Shown one piece after another: positions 36,506 to 46,013 of a stretch of DNA of 59,471 nt. Source of the stretch: an uncultured bacterium (lineage in GTDB: Bacteria; Patescibacteriota; Minisyncoccia; Phycocordibacterales; DATDWN01); the NCBI GenBank assembly GCA_903870365.1, contig CAIQCQ010000027.1, forward strand, positions 1 to 59,471, read 5' to 3'. Position 1 is the first letter of the stretch, and each line of letters starts with the position of its first letter. The notes beneath the pieces were generated by a model that was not told where the DNA came from, ran no database searches, and saw only the letters and a list, made by a program, of their open reading frames with translations. A program made the position numbers and the translations under genes.

Positions 36506-37699
36506 ATGAATGATATCCCTTCTATCTTTATTATTTTTGGTATGACCGGTGACTTGACCGCACTCAAGATTATTCCTGCACTCTGGGATTTATTTCAACA
36601 GGACATGTTACCCAAGCAGCTGGTTATCATCGGTTTCTCTCGTCGTGATTTGTCTCAAGAAGACCTCCGCACCATTATTATTCGTTCACTCGAGGTTAAT
36701 GGAAAAACAGATAAGGTAACTGCTGATTTTGAAACATTTTTTGATTTATTTGTCTACCACCAAGGAACCTTTGAAGATTCGCATGCGTTTGTCACACTCG
36801 CAGAGCGCATACATATACTAGAGCAGAGTTGGGGAGTATGTGCCAACAAATTGTTTTATCTGGCTGTGCCCCCATCGAGTTATGAATATATTTTTAAAAA
36901 TCTGGCCGTGGCTGAGCTCAATATGCCATGTGGTGGGGAACTTGGTTGGAGTCGGATTATGATTGAAAAACCGTTTGGGGTGGATCTTGTGAGCGCTCAA
37001 AAACTCCAGGTATTACTGGCACTATATTTTAAAGAAGAACAAATATATCGCATCGATCATTATTTGTTTAAAGGATCAGTAGAAAAGAGAAAAAATATAT
37101 CTGAGATTACATCGGTGCACGTACGATTTTTTGAAACAGTGGGGGTGGAAAACCGCGGTGGTTTTTATGATGCTGTCGGTGCTTTACGTGATGTAGGGCA
37201 AAATCATATGTTGAGTATGTTAACGGTCTTGGTCGGTGGTTCGCGAGCGGCAGTTTTGCAAAGTTTACGTCCATGGACCGAATCAACTCTACGTACTGAC
37301 ACACAGAGGGCACAATATAGTGGATATACACATATTAATGGAGTACGACCAGATTCACAGACCGAAACATATTTTTTATTGAAAACAAAAATCAACAACT
37401 CAATATGGAAAAATATTCCAATATATATAGAAGGTGGTAAACGTATGGGCGAGATGCGAAAAGATATTGAGATAGTCATGAAGGACGGCACATCAGAGAC
37501 TGTTCATTTTGATGGTATAGACAATGCATATGCCAAGGTTATCCGAGCTACGATTATTGGTGATCAAACGTTGTTTGTGTCAAAAGAGGAGGTCCAAGCT
37601 GCATGGAAATTTATTGATCCTGTTGTCGCGAGTTGGCAAAAGACTGATGTAGTGTTGGGAGAATACGATCCAGGAACAACACCAGGTATGTTACAGTAA
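36506..37699 (+). CDS. zwf: glucose-6-phosphate dehydrogenase (short form)
   Basis: IFGMTGDLT, EKPFG and RIDHYLFK motifs. At 397 aa it is shorter than the usual ~480-500 aa. Confidence 0.75.
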   Translation: MNDIPSIFIIFGMTGDLTALKIIPALWDLFQQDMLPKQLVIIGFSRRDLSQEDLRTIIIRSLEVNGKTDKVTADFETFFDLFVYHQGTFEDSHAFVTLAERIHILEQSWGVCANKLFYLAVPPSSYEYIFKNLAVAELNMPCGGELGWSRIMIEKPFGVDLVSAQKLQVLLALYFKEEQIYRIDHYLFKGSVEKRKNISEITSVHVRFFETVGVENRGGFYDAVGALRDVGQNHMLSMLTVLVGGSRAAVLQSLRPWTESTLRTDTQRAQYSGYTHINGVRPDSQTETYFLLKTKINNSIWKNIPIYIEGGKRMGEMRKDIEIVMKDGTSETVHFDGIDNAYAKVIRATIIGDQTLFVSKEEVQAAWKFIDPVVASWQKTDVVLGEYDPGTTPGMLQ

Positions 37700-37706
37700 T
37701 AGTATT

Positions 37707-38282
37707 ATGTCTGATTCTCACCCACCTTATCCTACAGATGAAGAATTGGTTACTCGTGTTCAGCATGGTGATCAGGAAATATTTGGTGAGTTGATGGATA
37801 GATATACTGAAAAGCTTTCACGGTATGGTAGACAGTTTCTCGCTCGACCGGAACATATTGAAGATCTAGTCCAAGACGTCTTTATCAAGGCCTATCAAAA
37901 TATTCAAAGTGTCGATACGTCACGAAAGTTTTCTTCATGGATATATCGTATTGCACATAACGCATTTGTGAATGCTTTGAGAGCACAACAGACTGCGCCG
38001 ATTTCATATTTTGATTTTGATACATTTACAGCTCATCCAGTATATGAAGACGGTCACGCAGAAAGGAAAGAAGCCGAGGAAATGCGTGTATTAGTAGAGA
38101 AAGGGATCAAAAAATTGGACCAAAAATATCGTGAGGTAGTGATGTTATACTATTTTGAAAATATGGACTATCAGCAAATTGCTGACATTCTCCATGTACC
38201 CATTGGTACAGTGGGTATACGCCTCAGTCGTGCCAAGGCTTTGTTAAAAAAAGAATTGCCAGTAGATACCACACATATATGA
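37707..38282 (+). CDS. ECF-type sigma-70 family sigma factor
   Basis: Region 2 (DLVQDVFIKAY) and region 4 HTH (YQQIADILHVPIGTVGIRLSRAK). Confidence 0.85.
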   Translation: MSDSHPPYPTDEELVTRVQHGDQEIFGELMDRYTEKLSRYGRQFLARPEHIEDLVQDVFIKAYQNIQSVDTSRKFSSWIYRIAHNAFVNALRAQQTAPISYFDFDTFTAHPVYEDGHAERKEAEEMRVLVEKGIKKLDQKYREVVMLYYFENMDYQQIADILHVPIGTVGIRLSRAKALLKKELPVDTTHI

Positions 38283-38980
38283 ATGATTCTCAACAAAATA
38301 TAAAAAAGAATGTGTTAGAAAAAATCCGCCACGGTGATGTGGTCATGCGACCCAAGATATATTTTACCCTGCAGGTAATTGTTGTGGCGGTGGTGGCGGT
38401 ATGTGCTTTTATCGCCTCTGTTTTGGTTGTTAGTTTTGCATTTTTTAGCTTGCACGAAAGCGGTGAGCTTTTATTGCTTGGGTTTGGGGTCCGGGGATTG
38501 CTAACCTTTATCGCTCTGTTTCCATGGGTGACATTGCTCATTGCGGTGGGTTTGGTCGTCCTCCTTGAATGGCTTATTCGATATTTTAAGTTTAGTTATC
38601 GACAACCGATTTTGAAAGTCTTTTTTGTGGCTGTCTGTGTGGTGTGTGTTGGAGGGTTGTTGATTACTTTTACTCCTTTACATACAAATCTGTCGGATAC
38701 TGCAGATCGTGGTGATTTACCATTTATTGGGCAATTATATGAGGATGTTCATATGCCACATGAGGATAAGGGGGAATTTCGTGGTGTTGTCGTGTCAGTG
38801 GCTACCTCTACCATTACCATTACCCACAATGATCATGATGCCGATGCTGATGATGGGACACGTGTGGTCACTGTCCCCACGAATTTCAATACGAGTATCC
38901 TCCATATTGGTGACCGAGTCTATGTGGCCGGAGATATGACAAATGGGACAGTCACGGCGTATGGGTTGAGTAAATTTTAG
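38279..38980 (+). CDS. membrane protein, putative cognate anti-sigma factor
   Basis: Overlaps the sigma gene stop codon (ATGA). Has a short cytoplasmic N-terminus, several TM helices and an extracytoplasmic C-terminal domain. The role is assigned by position only. Confidence 0.4.
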   Translation: MNDSQQNIKKNVLEKIRHGDVVMRPKIYFTLQVIVVAVVAVCAFIASVLVVSFAFFSLHESGELLLLGFGVRGLLTFIALFPWVTLLIAVGLVVLLEWLIRYFKFSYRQPILKVFFVAVCVVCVGGLLITFTPLHTNLSDTADRGDLPFIGQLYEDVHMPHEDKGEFRGVVVSVATSTITITHNDHDADADDGTRVVTVPTNFNTSILHIGDRVYVAGDMTNGTVTAYGLSKF

Positions 38981-39052
38981 AGATGAAATAAATATCTCAG
39001 TGCTGTGTAATAAAGGGTGTCAGGCATAACCCTGGCATCTTTCTTACACTTT

Positions 39053-39577
39053 ATGAAAAAAATTCTTGTTACCTCATCTTTTTTATTTGTCTTTGCTGTA
39101 TATACGGTATCACAGTATTTTGGTGTTAATAACACCGTTGCCTATGTTGCTCCAAATACTCAACCATTGAATGTGACTGTCCCGGCAACACAGCCAGTCA
39201 TTCCACCAAAACAAACAATACCAACTACTGTACCCGTTACCACGAAGCCGCTTCCAGTACCAACTCCTGTTCCTGTTACTAAAAAAGGTCTCTATACCGA
39301 TGGTAGTTATACCGGTAGCGTCGCGAATGCGTACTATGGAAATATTCAAGTGCAAGCCACGGTGAGTGGTGGTCAATTGACTGACGTCCAGTTTTTACAA
39401 TATCCAAATGACCGCAGTACATCAATCCGTAAAAATACTATGGCTATGCCGATTTTGAAGAGTGAAGCCATCGCTTCCCAGAGTGCCAATGTCAGAATTG
39501 TTTCTGGAGCGACAGATTCCAGTCAAGCTTTTCAGCAGTCTTTGGGTGATGCACTGACACAGGCACGTAACGCCTAA
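39053..39577 (+). CDS. extracytoplasmic FMN-binding domain protein with flavinylation motif
   Basis: Signal anchor and Pro/Thr linker. FMN_bind-like region ending in RIVSGATDSS, which matches the [S/T]GA[T/S] ApbE target motif. Confidence 0.75.
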   Translation: MKKILVTSSFLFVFAVYTVSQYFGVNNTVAYVAPNTQPLNVTVPATQPVIPPKQTIPTTVPVTTKPLPVPTPVPVTKKGLYTDGSYTGSVANAYYGNIQVQATVSGGQLTDVQFLQYPNDRSTSIRKNTMAMPILKSEAIASQSANVRIVSGATDSSQAFQQSLGDALTQARNA

Positions 39578-39586
39578 CTTATTATC

Positions 39587-40354
39587 ATGAAAAAAATAGA
39601 ATGGATTATGGGTATGCCTATTACCGTAGAGATTGTTGATCAATCTCGAACAGATGTAGAAAAAGAAGAGATGCTCAAAAAAGTGTTTGACTATTTTACT
39701 GCTGTCGATGCCAGATTTAGTACCTACAAAAATGATAGTGAAATCAGTCGGATCAATCGTGGTGAAATAAAAGAAAGTCAGTACAGTGCAGAGGCGAGGG
39801 AAGTATTTGCTTTGTCAGAGCAGACCAGACAAGAAACACATGGATACTTTAATATTCGTACACCAGAAGGGAAATATGATCCGTCTGGTTTAGTCAAAGG
39901 TTGGGCTATTTACCATGCCGCGAATATAGTGTGGGAAGCTGGGTACAAGCAGTTTTATATTGATGCCGGTGGTGATAGTGAAGTAGTGGGTACAGATGAA
40001 CAAGGGAAGCCGTGGAGTGTTGGTATTCGTGATCCGTTTAGTGATAATAAAAGCGATATTATAAAAACGGTGTATGTCAGTGATCGGGGTGTGGCTACTT
40101 CGGGAGCGTATATTCGTGGTCAGCACATATACAACCCGCACAAAGGACGAGTCTCGTTGGATGAAGTAGCGAGCATTACCGTCATTGGACCAAATGTCTA
40201 TGAGGCTGATCGTTTTGCCACCGCGGCTTTTGCCATGGGTAGAGAGGGTATTCATTTTATTGAACAGATGGAAGGGTTTGAAGGATATATGGTCAGTCGA
40301 GATGGTATTGCCACGATGACGACTGGGTTTGAACACCATACGAGATATATATAA
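39587..40354 (+). CDS. apbE: ApbE-family FAD:protein FMN transferase
   Basis: MGMPITVEI...FSTYKNDSEISRIN...GLVKGWA...DAGGD...VATSG pattern. Confidence 0.8.
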   Translation: MKKIEWIMGMPITVEIVDQSRTDVEKEEMLKKVFDYFTAVDARFSTYKNDSEISRINRGEIKESQYSAEAREVFALSEQTRQETHGYFNIRTPEGKYDPSGLVKGWAIYHAANIVWEAGYKQFYIDAGGDSEVVGTDEQGKPWSVGIRDPFSDNKSDIIKTVYVSDRGVATSGAYIRGQHIYNPHKGRVSLDEVASITVIGPNVYEADRFATAAFAMGREGIHFIEQMEGFEGYMVSRDGIATMTTGFEHHTRYI

Positions 40355-40355
40355 C

Positions 40356-40458
40356 ATGATCCCGTTAGAGTTTTATCAAAATTACTCTATGTAACAGGAT
40401 TGCAAGTATCACTTAAACTTTTTTATTATTATCAAATTTTAATTAAAACTCTAACGGG
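40356..40458 (+). repeat. 103-nt inverted-repeat, promoter-bearing element, copy C
   Basis: Perfect 16-bp arms tcccgttagagtttta (40359-40374) and taaaactctaacggga (40443-40458). TTGCAA (40400), 18-nt spacer, TATTAT (40424). It abuts ATG 40459. Confidence 0.75.
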
Positions 40459-41994
40459 ATGAAAAAAATAGACGACATCTTAAATAAAATCACCATGTAT
40501 CGAGTAGTGCTGTATGAACTCATCGGCCTGCTTGTGGTGGCATGTATTCTTGGTTTGTTTGGCTGGATAGCCTATACACCAGTCAGTATATTTTTTTCAA
40601 CCGCGTATATCCTCGCCATTTGTCTGGGCGTGAATGTATTGTTTGCCTGGGCCTATGATGCTCCGAGTAATCCTGAGTCAACATATATCACAGCCTTGAT
40701 TCTGGCGTTGATTATTACGCCAGCATTAGCTTTTACTGATACGACATTTTTGATGTTTGCTTTTTGGGCTTCTGCACTGGCTATGGCTTCAAAATATATT
40801 TTGGCTATTGGTAAAAAACATATCTTTAACCCAGCGGCTATTGCCGTGGTGATAACCGCACTCGCCCTCAATCAAGCTGCGAGCTGGTGGGTCGGTACCG
40901 CATTCATATTGCCGTTTGTACTCATCGGTGGATTTTTAGTGACGCGAAAGATCAAACGTTTTGACTTGGTTTTGTCTGCAATTGGTGTCAGTCTGGCTGT
41001 TATTCTTGTGCTTGCCTTTGTCCACGGCGGCACGGTGGTCAGCTTGTTTGTTCTTGCCTGGACAGTGATCATTTCTACACCACTTATTTTTTTTGCCACG
41101 GTCATGCTGACGGAACCGTTAACTTCACCACCAACCAGTCTCTTGCGAAGTTCGTATGGGACATTGGTTGGTGTCTTGCTCACACCAGTAATGCACATCG
41201 GTTCAATCTATTCGACACCAGAACTGGCATTGGTACTTGGTAATGTCTTCTCGTACATTGTCAGTCCAAAGAAAAAGTTGGTTTTAACTTTGAAAACAGT
41301 GGAGCATATTGCGCATGATTCATATGATTTTGTTTTTACTCCTGATCAGCAAATGACCTATCGCCCCGGACAATACATGGAATGGACACTAGCTCACCCA
41401 TATCCTGACAACCGCGGTATTCGTCGATACTTTACTCTGGCCTCATCACCGACCGAACGCGAACTTCGTTTAGGTATCAAGTTTTATGATAATGGCAGTA
41501 CCTTTAAGAAAAAGTTGTTGAGTATGAAAGTGGGGGAAAGTATCGTGGCCTCTGGATTGGCTGGTGATTTTGTCTTACCAAAAGATAAAACAAAGAAGCT
41601 TGTCTTTATCGCTGGTGGTATCGGTGTCACGCCATTTCGCAGCATGATACAAAACTTGATGGATACTGGTGACAAGCGAGCAGTGACATTATTTTATAGT
41701 AACAGAACTACTTCAGATGTGGCGTACAAAGAACTCTTTGATCGAGCAGAAATGACTCTCGGTATAAAAACTGTACATGTGCTGACGGATCCACAGACAG
41801 ACATGTCAGGCTTTACCCACTCCGCGCGGACGATAGATGCGCATGTCATTGCTGAGCAAGTGCCAGATTACAAAGATAGAATCTTTTATCTCTCTGGCCC
41901 ACGCGGTATGGTCTCGAGCTTTCAAACACTTCTCAAGACAATAGGGGTACCAGAAGGTCATATTAAGACTGATTTCTTTCCAGGTTTTGCTTAG
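40459..41994 (+). CDS. polytopic membrane domain fused to FNR-like FAD/NAD(P)H oxidoreductase
   Basis: About 250 aa of TM helices, then RPGQYMEW, RRYFTLASSP, GGIGVTPFRSM and YLSGPRGM (ferredoxin-reductase-type motifs). Confidence 0.75.
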   Translation: MKKIDDILNKITMYRVVLYELIGLLVVACILGLFGWIAYTPVSIFFSTAYILAICLGVNVLFAWAYDAPSNPESTYITALILALIITPALAFTDTTFLMFAFWASALAMASKYILAIGKKHIFNPAAIAVVITALALNQAASWWVGTAFILPFVLIGGFLVTRKIKRFDLVLSAIGVSLAVILVLAFVHGGTVVSLFVLAWTVIISTPLIFFATVMLTEPLTSPPTSLLRSSYGTLVGVLLTPVMHIGSIYSTPELALVLGNVFSYIVSPKKKLVLTLKTVEHIAHDSYDFVFTPDQQMTYRPGQYMEWTLAHPYPDNRGIRRYFTLASSPTERELRLGIKFYDNGSTFKKKLLSMKVGESIVASGLAGDFVLPKDKTKKLVFIAGGIGVTPFRSMIQNLMDTGDKRAVTLFYSNRTTSDVAYKELFDRAEMTLGIKTVHVLTDPQTDMSGFTHSARTIDAHVIAEQVPDYKDRIFYLSGPRGMVSSFQTLLKTIGVPEGHIKTDFFPGFA

Positions 41995-42070
41995 AGTAAT
42001 AGTGTTGTATATAAAAAACAGCAGGTCAGACTGCTGTTTTTTTATTGTCTTTATTTAGTAAGTCTCTAAC

Positions 42071-42880
42071 TTAAAAGCCAAACAAGTGAGAGAAGAATGA
42101 TCCAATATTTCCAAAGATTCCATGAGGTGCAGGTTTGGTACTTCCAGCTGAAGTACTTGGTGCTGGTTTTTGATCAATCACACTGGTTGCGGTGATTGTT
42201 GTGCCATTAATTGCACCTTGCACAATAACATTGTCACCGACTGTAATAGTAGCGATGGTTGCTGCGGGTGTTGTCGAACTCATACGTCCAGCAATAATTT
42301 TTGCAGTAGCTGCATTGACCGTGTATGTCATATTGCTTTTGTTGGTCACTGTCAGTGTATTGCCACTGACCGTACTGACCGTACCAGCCACGACAGGTTG
42401 ACCATCACCAGTAAACGCATTTGTTCTTGTCATCATGCTAGGTTGGCCTCCTTTCATTCCCATGCCACGACCAGGTACGACGCCATCACGAATCATTGTT
42501 GCAGTAACGGTGTTACCGCTGACTGTTCCTTGTGCGAGAACAGTATCCCCAACGGTAATATTTGCAACGGTACTCGCAACATTGTTTTTAGTAACCGTTG
42601 CATTTGTCGCGTCAACCGTAAAAGTTGTTATTGGAGTAGTGGTGCCAAATCCTTGTCTACCTGAGACGGTCACTGTGTTGCCGCTAATGGCACTTACTGT
42701 ACCAAGAACTGCTGGTCGCATCATGGGACGACGTCCTGCGAGGGTATTTTTCCATTCACCATTTGATTGAGCTGTGGGGGCCTGACTTGTGCTGTCTGCA
42801 AAGGCAGGGATAGCCACAGCAAAAGCAGTGGTCATGGTCGCTAACATAATGCCGGTAGAAACGTATTTTTTAATGTTCAT
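42071..42880 (-). CDS. secreted repeat protein (DUF5666-like domains)
   Basis: Signal peptide, then repeats of G.V..ISGNT.TV......T...V.....I..G....GD.V...G. Confidence 0.55.
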   Translation of the reverse strand: MNIKKYVSTGIMLATMTTAFAVAIPAFADSTSQAPTAQSNGEWKNTLAGRRPMMRPAVLGTVSAISGNTVTVSGRQGFGTTTPITTFTVDATNATVTKNNVASTVANITVGDTVLAQGTVSGNTVTATMIRDGVVPGRGMGMKGGQPSMMTRTNAFTGDGQPVVAGTVSTVSGNTLTVTNKSNMTYTVNAATAKIIAGRMSSTTPAATIATITVGDNVIVQGAINGTTITATSVIDQKPAPSTSAGSTKPAPHGIFGNIGSFFSHLFGF

Positions 42881-42996
42881 TTTTTCATATGTGCAATTTT
42901 TGTGTATGTTACTGGTAAAAGGTCTCTCTAGACCCAGTAATACTACGAGTATGTGTATGAGTGGGGTGCATGTTTATATGGTATAGTTATATAAAC

Positions 42997-44058
42997 ATGA
43001 ATACATTTTTTCTCTCTCATAGACGATATTTTTCTTCTTTTCTTCCTTCTCTTCTTTTTTCAATTTTTCTTTTTTCGTCTTTTCTGTTTCCGTCTGTTGT
43101 CTCTGCTCATGAAGTTTATGTTCTTTCTCCGTCTGAAGTTCAAACAGCTATCAATACGCCGTCAGTCGACCCTATGAGTGTGGTGCAGGATCAAATGACA
43201 GAATTTTCTTTGTATGCCTTGATCGGGGCACTCCTAGTCTTTTGTATATTTTTCATTTCTATTTCCCGTTGGTTAGAAAAAAAATGTGACCCGTTTCTAA
43301 TGAGAATAAAAAAATATGCTCCGTTGATCGGACGTATGGCTATGGGTTTGTCGTTTATTTGTGCAGCATATTTTGGAGCAATCTTTGGGCCAGAATTACC
43401 ACTACATGCTATCTACGGCAGTATGACACCAGTTGTGCAGGTGCTGTTGTGTATTGTTGGTCTGTTTGTCATCGCCGGTTTTGAAGTGCAGATCGCTGCG
43501 ACTATAGCCCTCGTCTTGTATCTTGTTGAGGTCTATTATCATGGAGTGTATATGCTGACCTATGTGAACTATTTGGGTGAGGTATCAATGTTGTTGTTTG
43601 TGGGGGCGGGAAGTTACGCCATTCAGAAAACAAAGTTATCTGCAGTTGTGTATAGGAAAATAGAACACTATGGCTTTTTGGCCTCACGAGTATTGTTTGG
43701 TACAGCCCTTATTTTTTCTTCAAGTTACGCCAAGATCATTCATTCTAACCTTGGCTTGGAGACAGTCATGAAATATCACCTGACAAATTATCTGCATTTT
43801 GAGCCACACTTTTTGGTCCTCGGTGCTGGACTGGTAGAGATAACCATCGGGCTGTTTTTTATTTTTGGTATTGAAATTCGTTTTACCTCTGTCTTTTTGT
43901 TGTTTTGGTTGACTCTATCACTACTATTTTTCGGCGAAGTGGTCTGGCCACACCTCATATTGATTGGTATCCCATTGTCCTTTTTCTGTTATGGCTACGA
44001 TCAGTATTCTCTGGAAGGATATTTCTTTAAACGTCTGGGGAGAGAGCCCGTATTATAG
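42997..44058 (+). CDS. hypothetical polytopic membrane protein
   Basis: ATG at 42997 (MNTFFLSH). At least 8 hydrophobic helices. Confidence 0.55.
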   Translation: MNTFFLSHRRYFSSFLPSLLFSIFLFSSFLFPSVVSAHEVYVLSPSEVQTAINTPSVDPMSVVQDQMTEFSLYALIGALLVFCIFFISISRWLEKKCDPFLMRIKKYAPLIGRMAMGLSFICAAYFGAIFGPELPLHAIYGSMTPVVQVLLCIVGLFVIAGFEVQIAATIALVLYLVEVYYHGVYMLTYVNYLGEVSMLLFVGAGSYAIQKTKLSAVVYRKIEHYGFLASRVLFGTALIFSSSYAKIIHSNLGLETVMKYHLTNYLHFEPHFLVLGAGLVEITIGLFFIFGIEIRFTSVFLLFWLTLSLLFFGEVVWPHLILIGIPLSFFCYGYDQYSLEGYFFKRLGREPVL

Positions 44059-44105
44059 TGATATGTATCGAGATTGTAGGTTGTTTGATACGTACGAGAA
44101 AATTC

Positions 44106-45224
44106 TTATACAAACGTAAAAAGCACCATCTCTGAATCAGTCCCGACGCGTACTGGTGGTCCCCAGGTACCAACGCCACTTGAAGTATAGACCAACATAT
44201 TTTTGAATTGATGTAGTCCGTATGTAAAGTCACCATACATCCACTGAGCAATGTGTTGCAGTGGCCACTGTTGGCCTTTGTGTGTATGACCAGATATTTG
44301 AAATGAAATACCAGCTTGACTGGCGACGGTCACATCCTTTGGTTCATGCTTTAACAGGATAGAGAGTGTGCCGGGTTGTATGTGCAGAGTTGCAAGGATA
44401 TTTTTGAAGCGTTCTGTATTTGACGCATTGTGATAGTCCACCCCTATAATCTGCAAACCATCAATGTCCACGGATTCATCTATGAGCGTATGTATATTTG
44501 CTTTTCGTATGGCCGCAAGAAATCTACTCGCGTCACCAAACTCTTCATGGTTACCGGTAATAAAATATGTGCCTAGTGGAGCAGACAGAGATGTCAGAGG
44601 GGATATGAGTTCATCTGGATCTGGCGCACCAGTACCATCATAGAGATCACCACCAATAAAAATAATATCGTGTGGTAGTGTCTGTATTTTTTCTACAATT
44701 TTTTGCGCAAAAGATAAACCATGTATTTGTCCGAGGTGTATGTCACTGATCCAGAGAGCCTTTCTCCCGCGCCATTGTTCGGGTAAATGTTCTAGCGAGA
44801 TGTCTACTTTTTTCACCTGGATATTTCGAGCGTGAAAGAATCCGTACATACTAATGATAACAGACCCAGTGAGTGAGAGTTCACCAATAATATGTGCTAC
44901 TGATCCAGATATCATGGCGAGAATTCCGTAGATAACTGAAGAAAAGAAAAGATAAGTAAAAAAACCCATCCAGGTGGCAGTGATCGTATAGGAGATTCGA
45001 GTGAAGGTGTTGTAATAGTATGAGCCTAGAACTGAGGTCAGGATAAAGCCCCCTGACATACCGGCAAGTAATACGATTAAGAGAGATAAGGCTACTGATG
45101 ATGTAATGCTAAAAATAGTTGCGAGAGCGAGATATACAACAAAATTAGCTACACATAAAAATAATGAAATGATGGAGAGAAACAATAGTATTGTTCTAAA
45201 TCGAGGCTTCGGTATTTTTTCCAT
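44106..45224 (-). CDS. membrane-anchored metallophosphoesterase
   Basis: ISDIHLG, GGDLYDG, GNHE and GHTHKG motifs after four N-terminal TM helices. Start at MEKIPKP. Confidence 0.8.
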   Translation of the reverse strand: MEKIPKPRFRTILLFLSIISLFLCVANFVVYLALATIFSITSSVALSLLIVLLAGMSGGFILTSVLGSYYYNTFTRISYTITATWMGFFTYLFFSSVIYGILAMISGSVAHIIGELSLTGSVIISMYGFFHARNIQVKKVDISLEHLPEQWRGRKALWISDIHLGQIHGLSFAQKIVEKIQTLPHDIIFIGGDLYDGTGAPDPDELISPLTSLSAPLGTYFITGNHEEFGDASRFLAAIRKANIHTLIDESVDIDGLQIIGVDYHNASNTERFKNILATLHIQPGTLSILLKHEPKDVTVASQAGISFQISGHTHKGQQWPLQHIAQWMYGDFTYGLHQFKNMLVYTSSGVGTWGPPVRVGTDSEMVLFTFV

Positions 45225-45312
45225 GACTGCAGTATAGCAGAATTGGGAGGTGTAGGTTTGGTTTGAAACCTGGAGCGTGATAATTAAAAATAGCAAATAA
45301 AAAAAGACCAGC

Positions 45313-45891
45313 CTATAACTTCAGGCTGGTCTGCAGGTTAAATGTCTGCTCGGGAGTGTCGACGACGGGGTTGATTCGAACAACTTCGTCAAAAGGATCC
45401 AAATCGATCTCTGAAGCAAACGTGTGAAATAGTTCGTGGTCTCTTTTTGGGGCGTCTTCGGAAAAGAATACGAGATTCTGTCCTTGTTGATTGCGCCAGT
45501 CTACTGTCTTCGCAACTCCAGGCTTCATCCAGAACCATTCGCTCACATTCTTCACCGGAGTTACGAAATACCAAGCGAGAATACGATCAACACCTAAAGC
45601 ACGAAGTTTTTTAATAATTGCGATCCGTTCTTGAGAGTTACCGTTCCAAGTATCCAAAATAAATCTGGAGTTTGATGAGGTTTGAATCTTTTCTTCGATC
45701 CTTTGCCACATCACGTCATGGGCATGAAAGTGCCCTCCAGAGTACGAATCCAAAAAAACACTACCAAACAATTCAACAAGAATTTCGTCCCGACTAACCA
45801 TAACCGTATTTGGATCAAACGTGACAGCTTTATTGCAAAAAACCGTTTTACCACTTCCTTGTGGACCGACAGTTAGAATGACTTCTTTCAC
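45313..45891 (-). CDS. P-loop kinase-like ATP-binding protein (AAA_33-like)
   Basis: Walker A VGPQGSGKT at the N-terminus. GTG start. GC is somewhat higher than the neighbouring genes. Confidence 0.6.
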   Translation of the reverse strand: MKEVILTVGPQGSGKTVFCNKAVTFDPNTVMVSRDEILVELFGSVFLDSYSGGHFHAHDVMWQRIEEKIQTSSNSRFILDTWNGNSQERIAIIKKLRALGVDRILAWYFVTPVKNVSEWFWMKPGVAKTVDWRNQQGQNLVFFSEDAPKRDHELFHTFASEIDLDPFDEVVRINPVVDTPEQTFNLQTSLKL

Positions 45892-46013
45892 TGTTTTTTA
45901 TTTCTCCTTTTTCTGTGAAGTACAGTACCAGAATATATTAAATATGTCGAGTCAACTATCTGTTTTACTGAGTAAGTACGCTCGGAGTTTTTTGCTTTAG
46001 TTCTGGGCGTGAG

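Noticed and set aside
42170-42986. Cys/His-rich plus-strand ORFs (164, 111, 69 and 65 aa) antisense to the DUF5666-like repeat gene.
   Set aside because: They are antisense frames of a Thr/Gly/Val-rich repeat gene that has a clear signal peptide on the minus strand.
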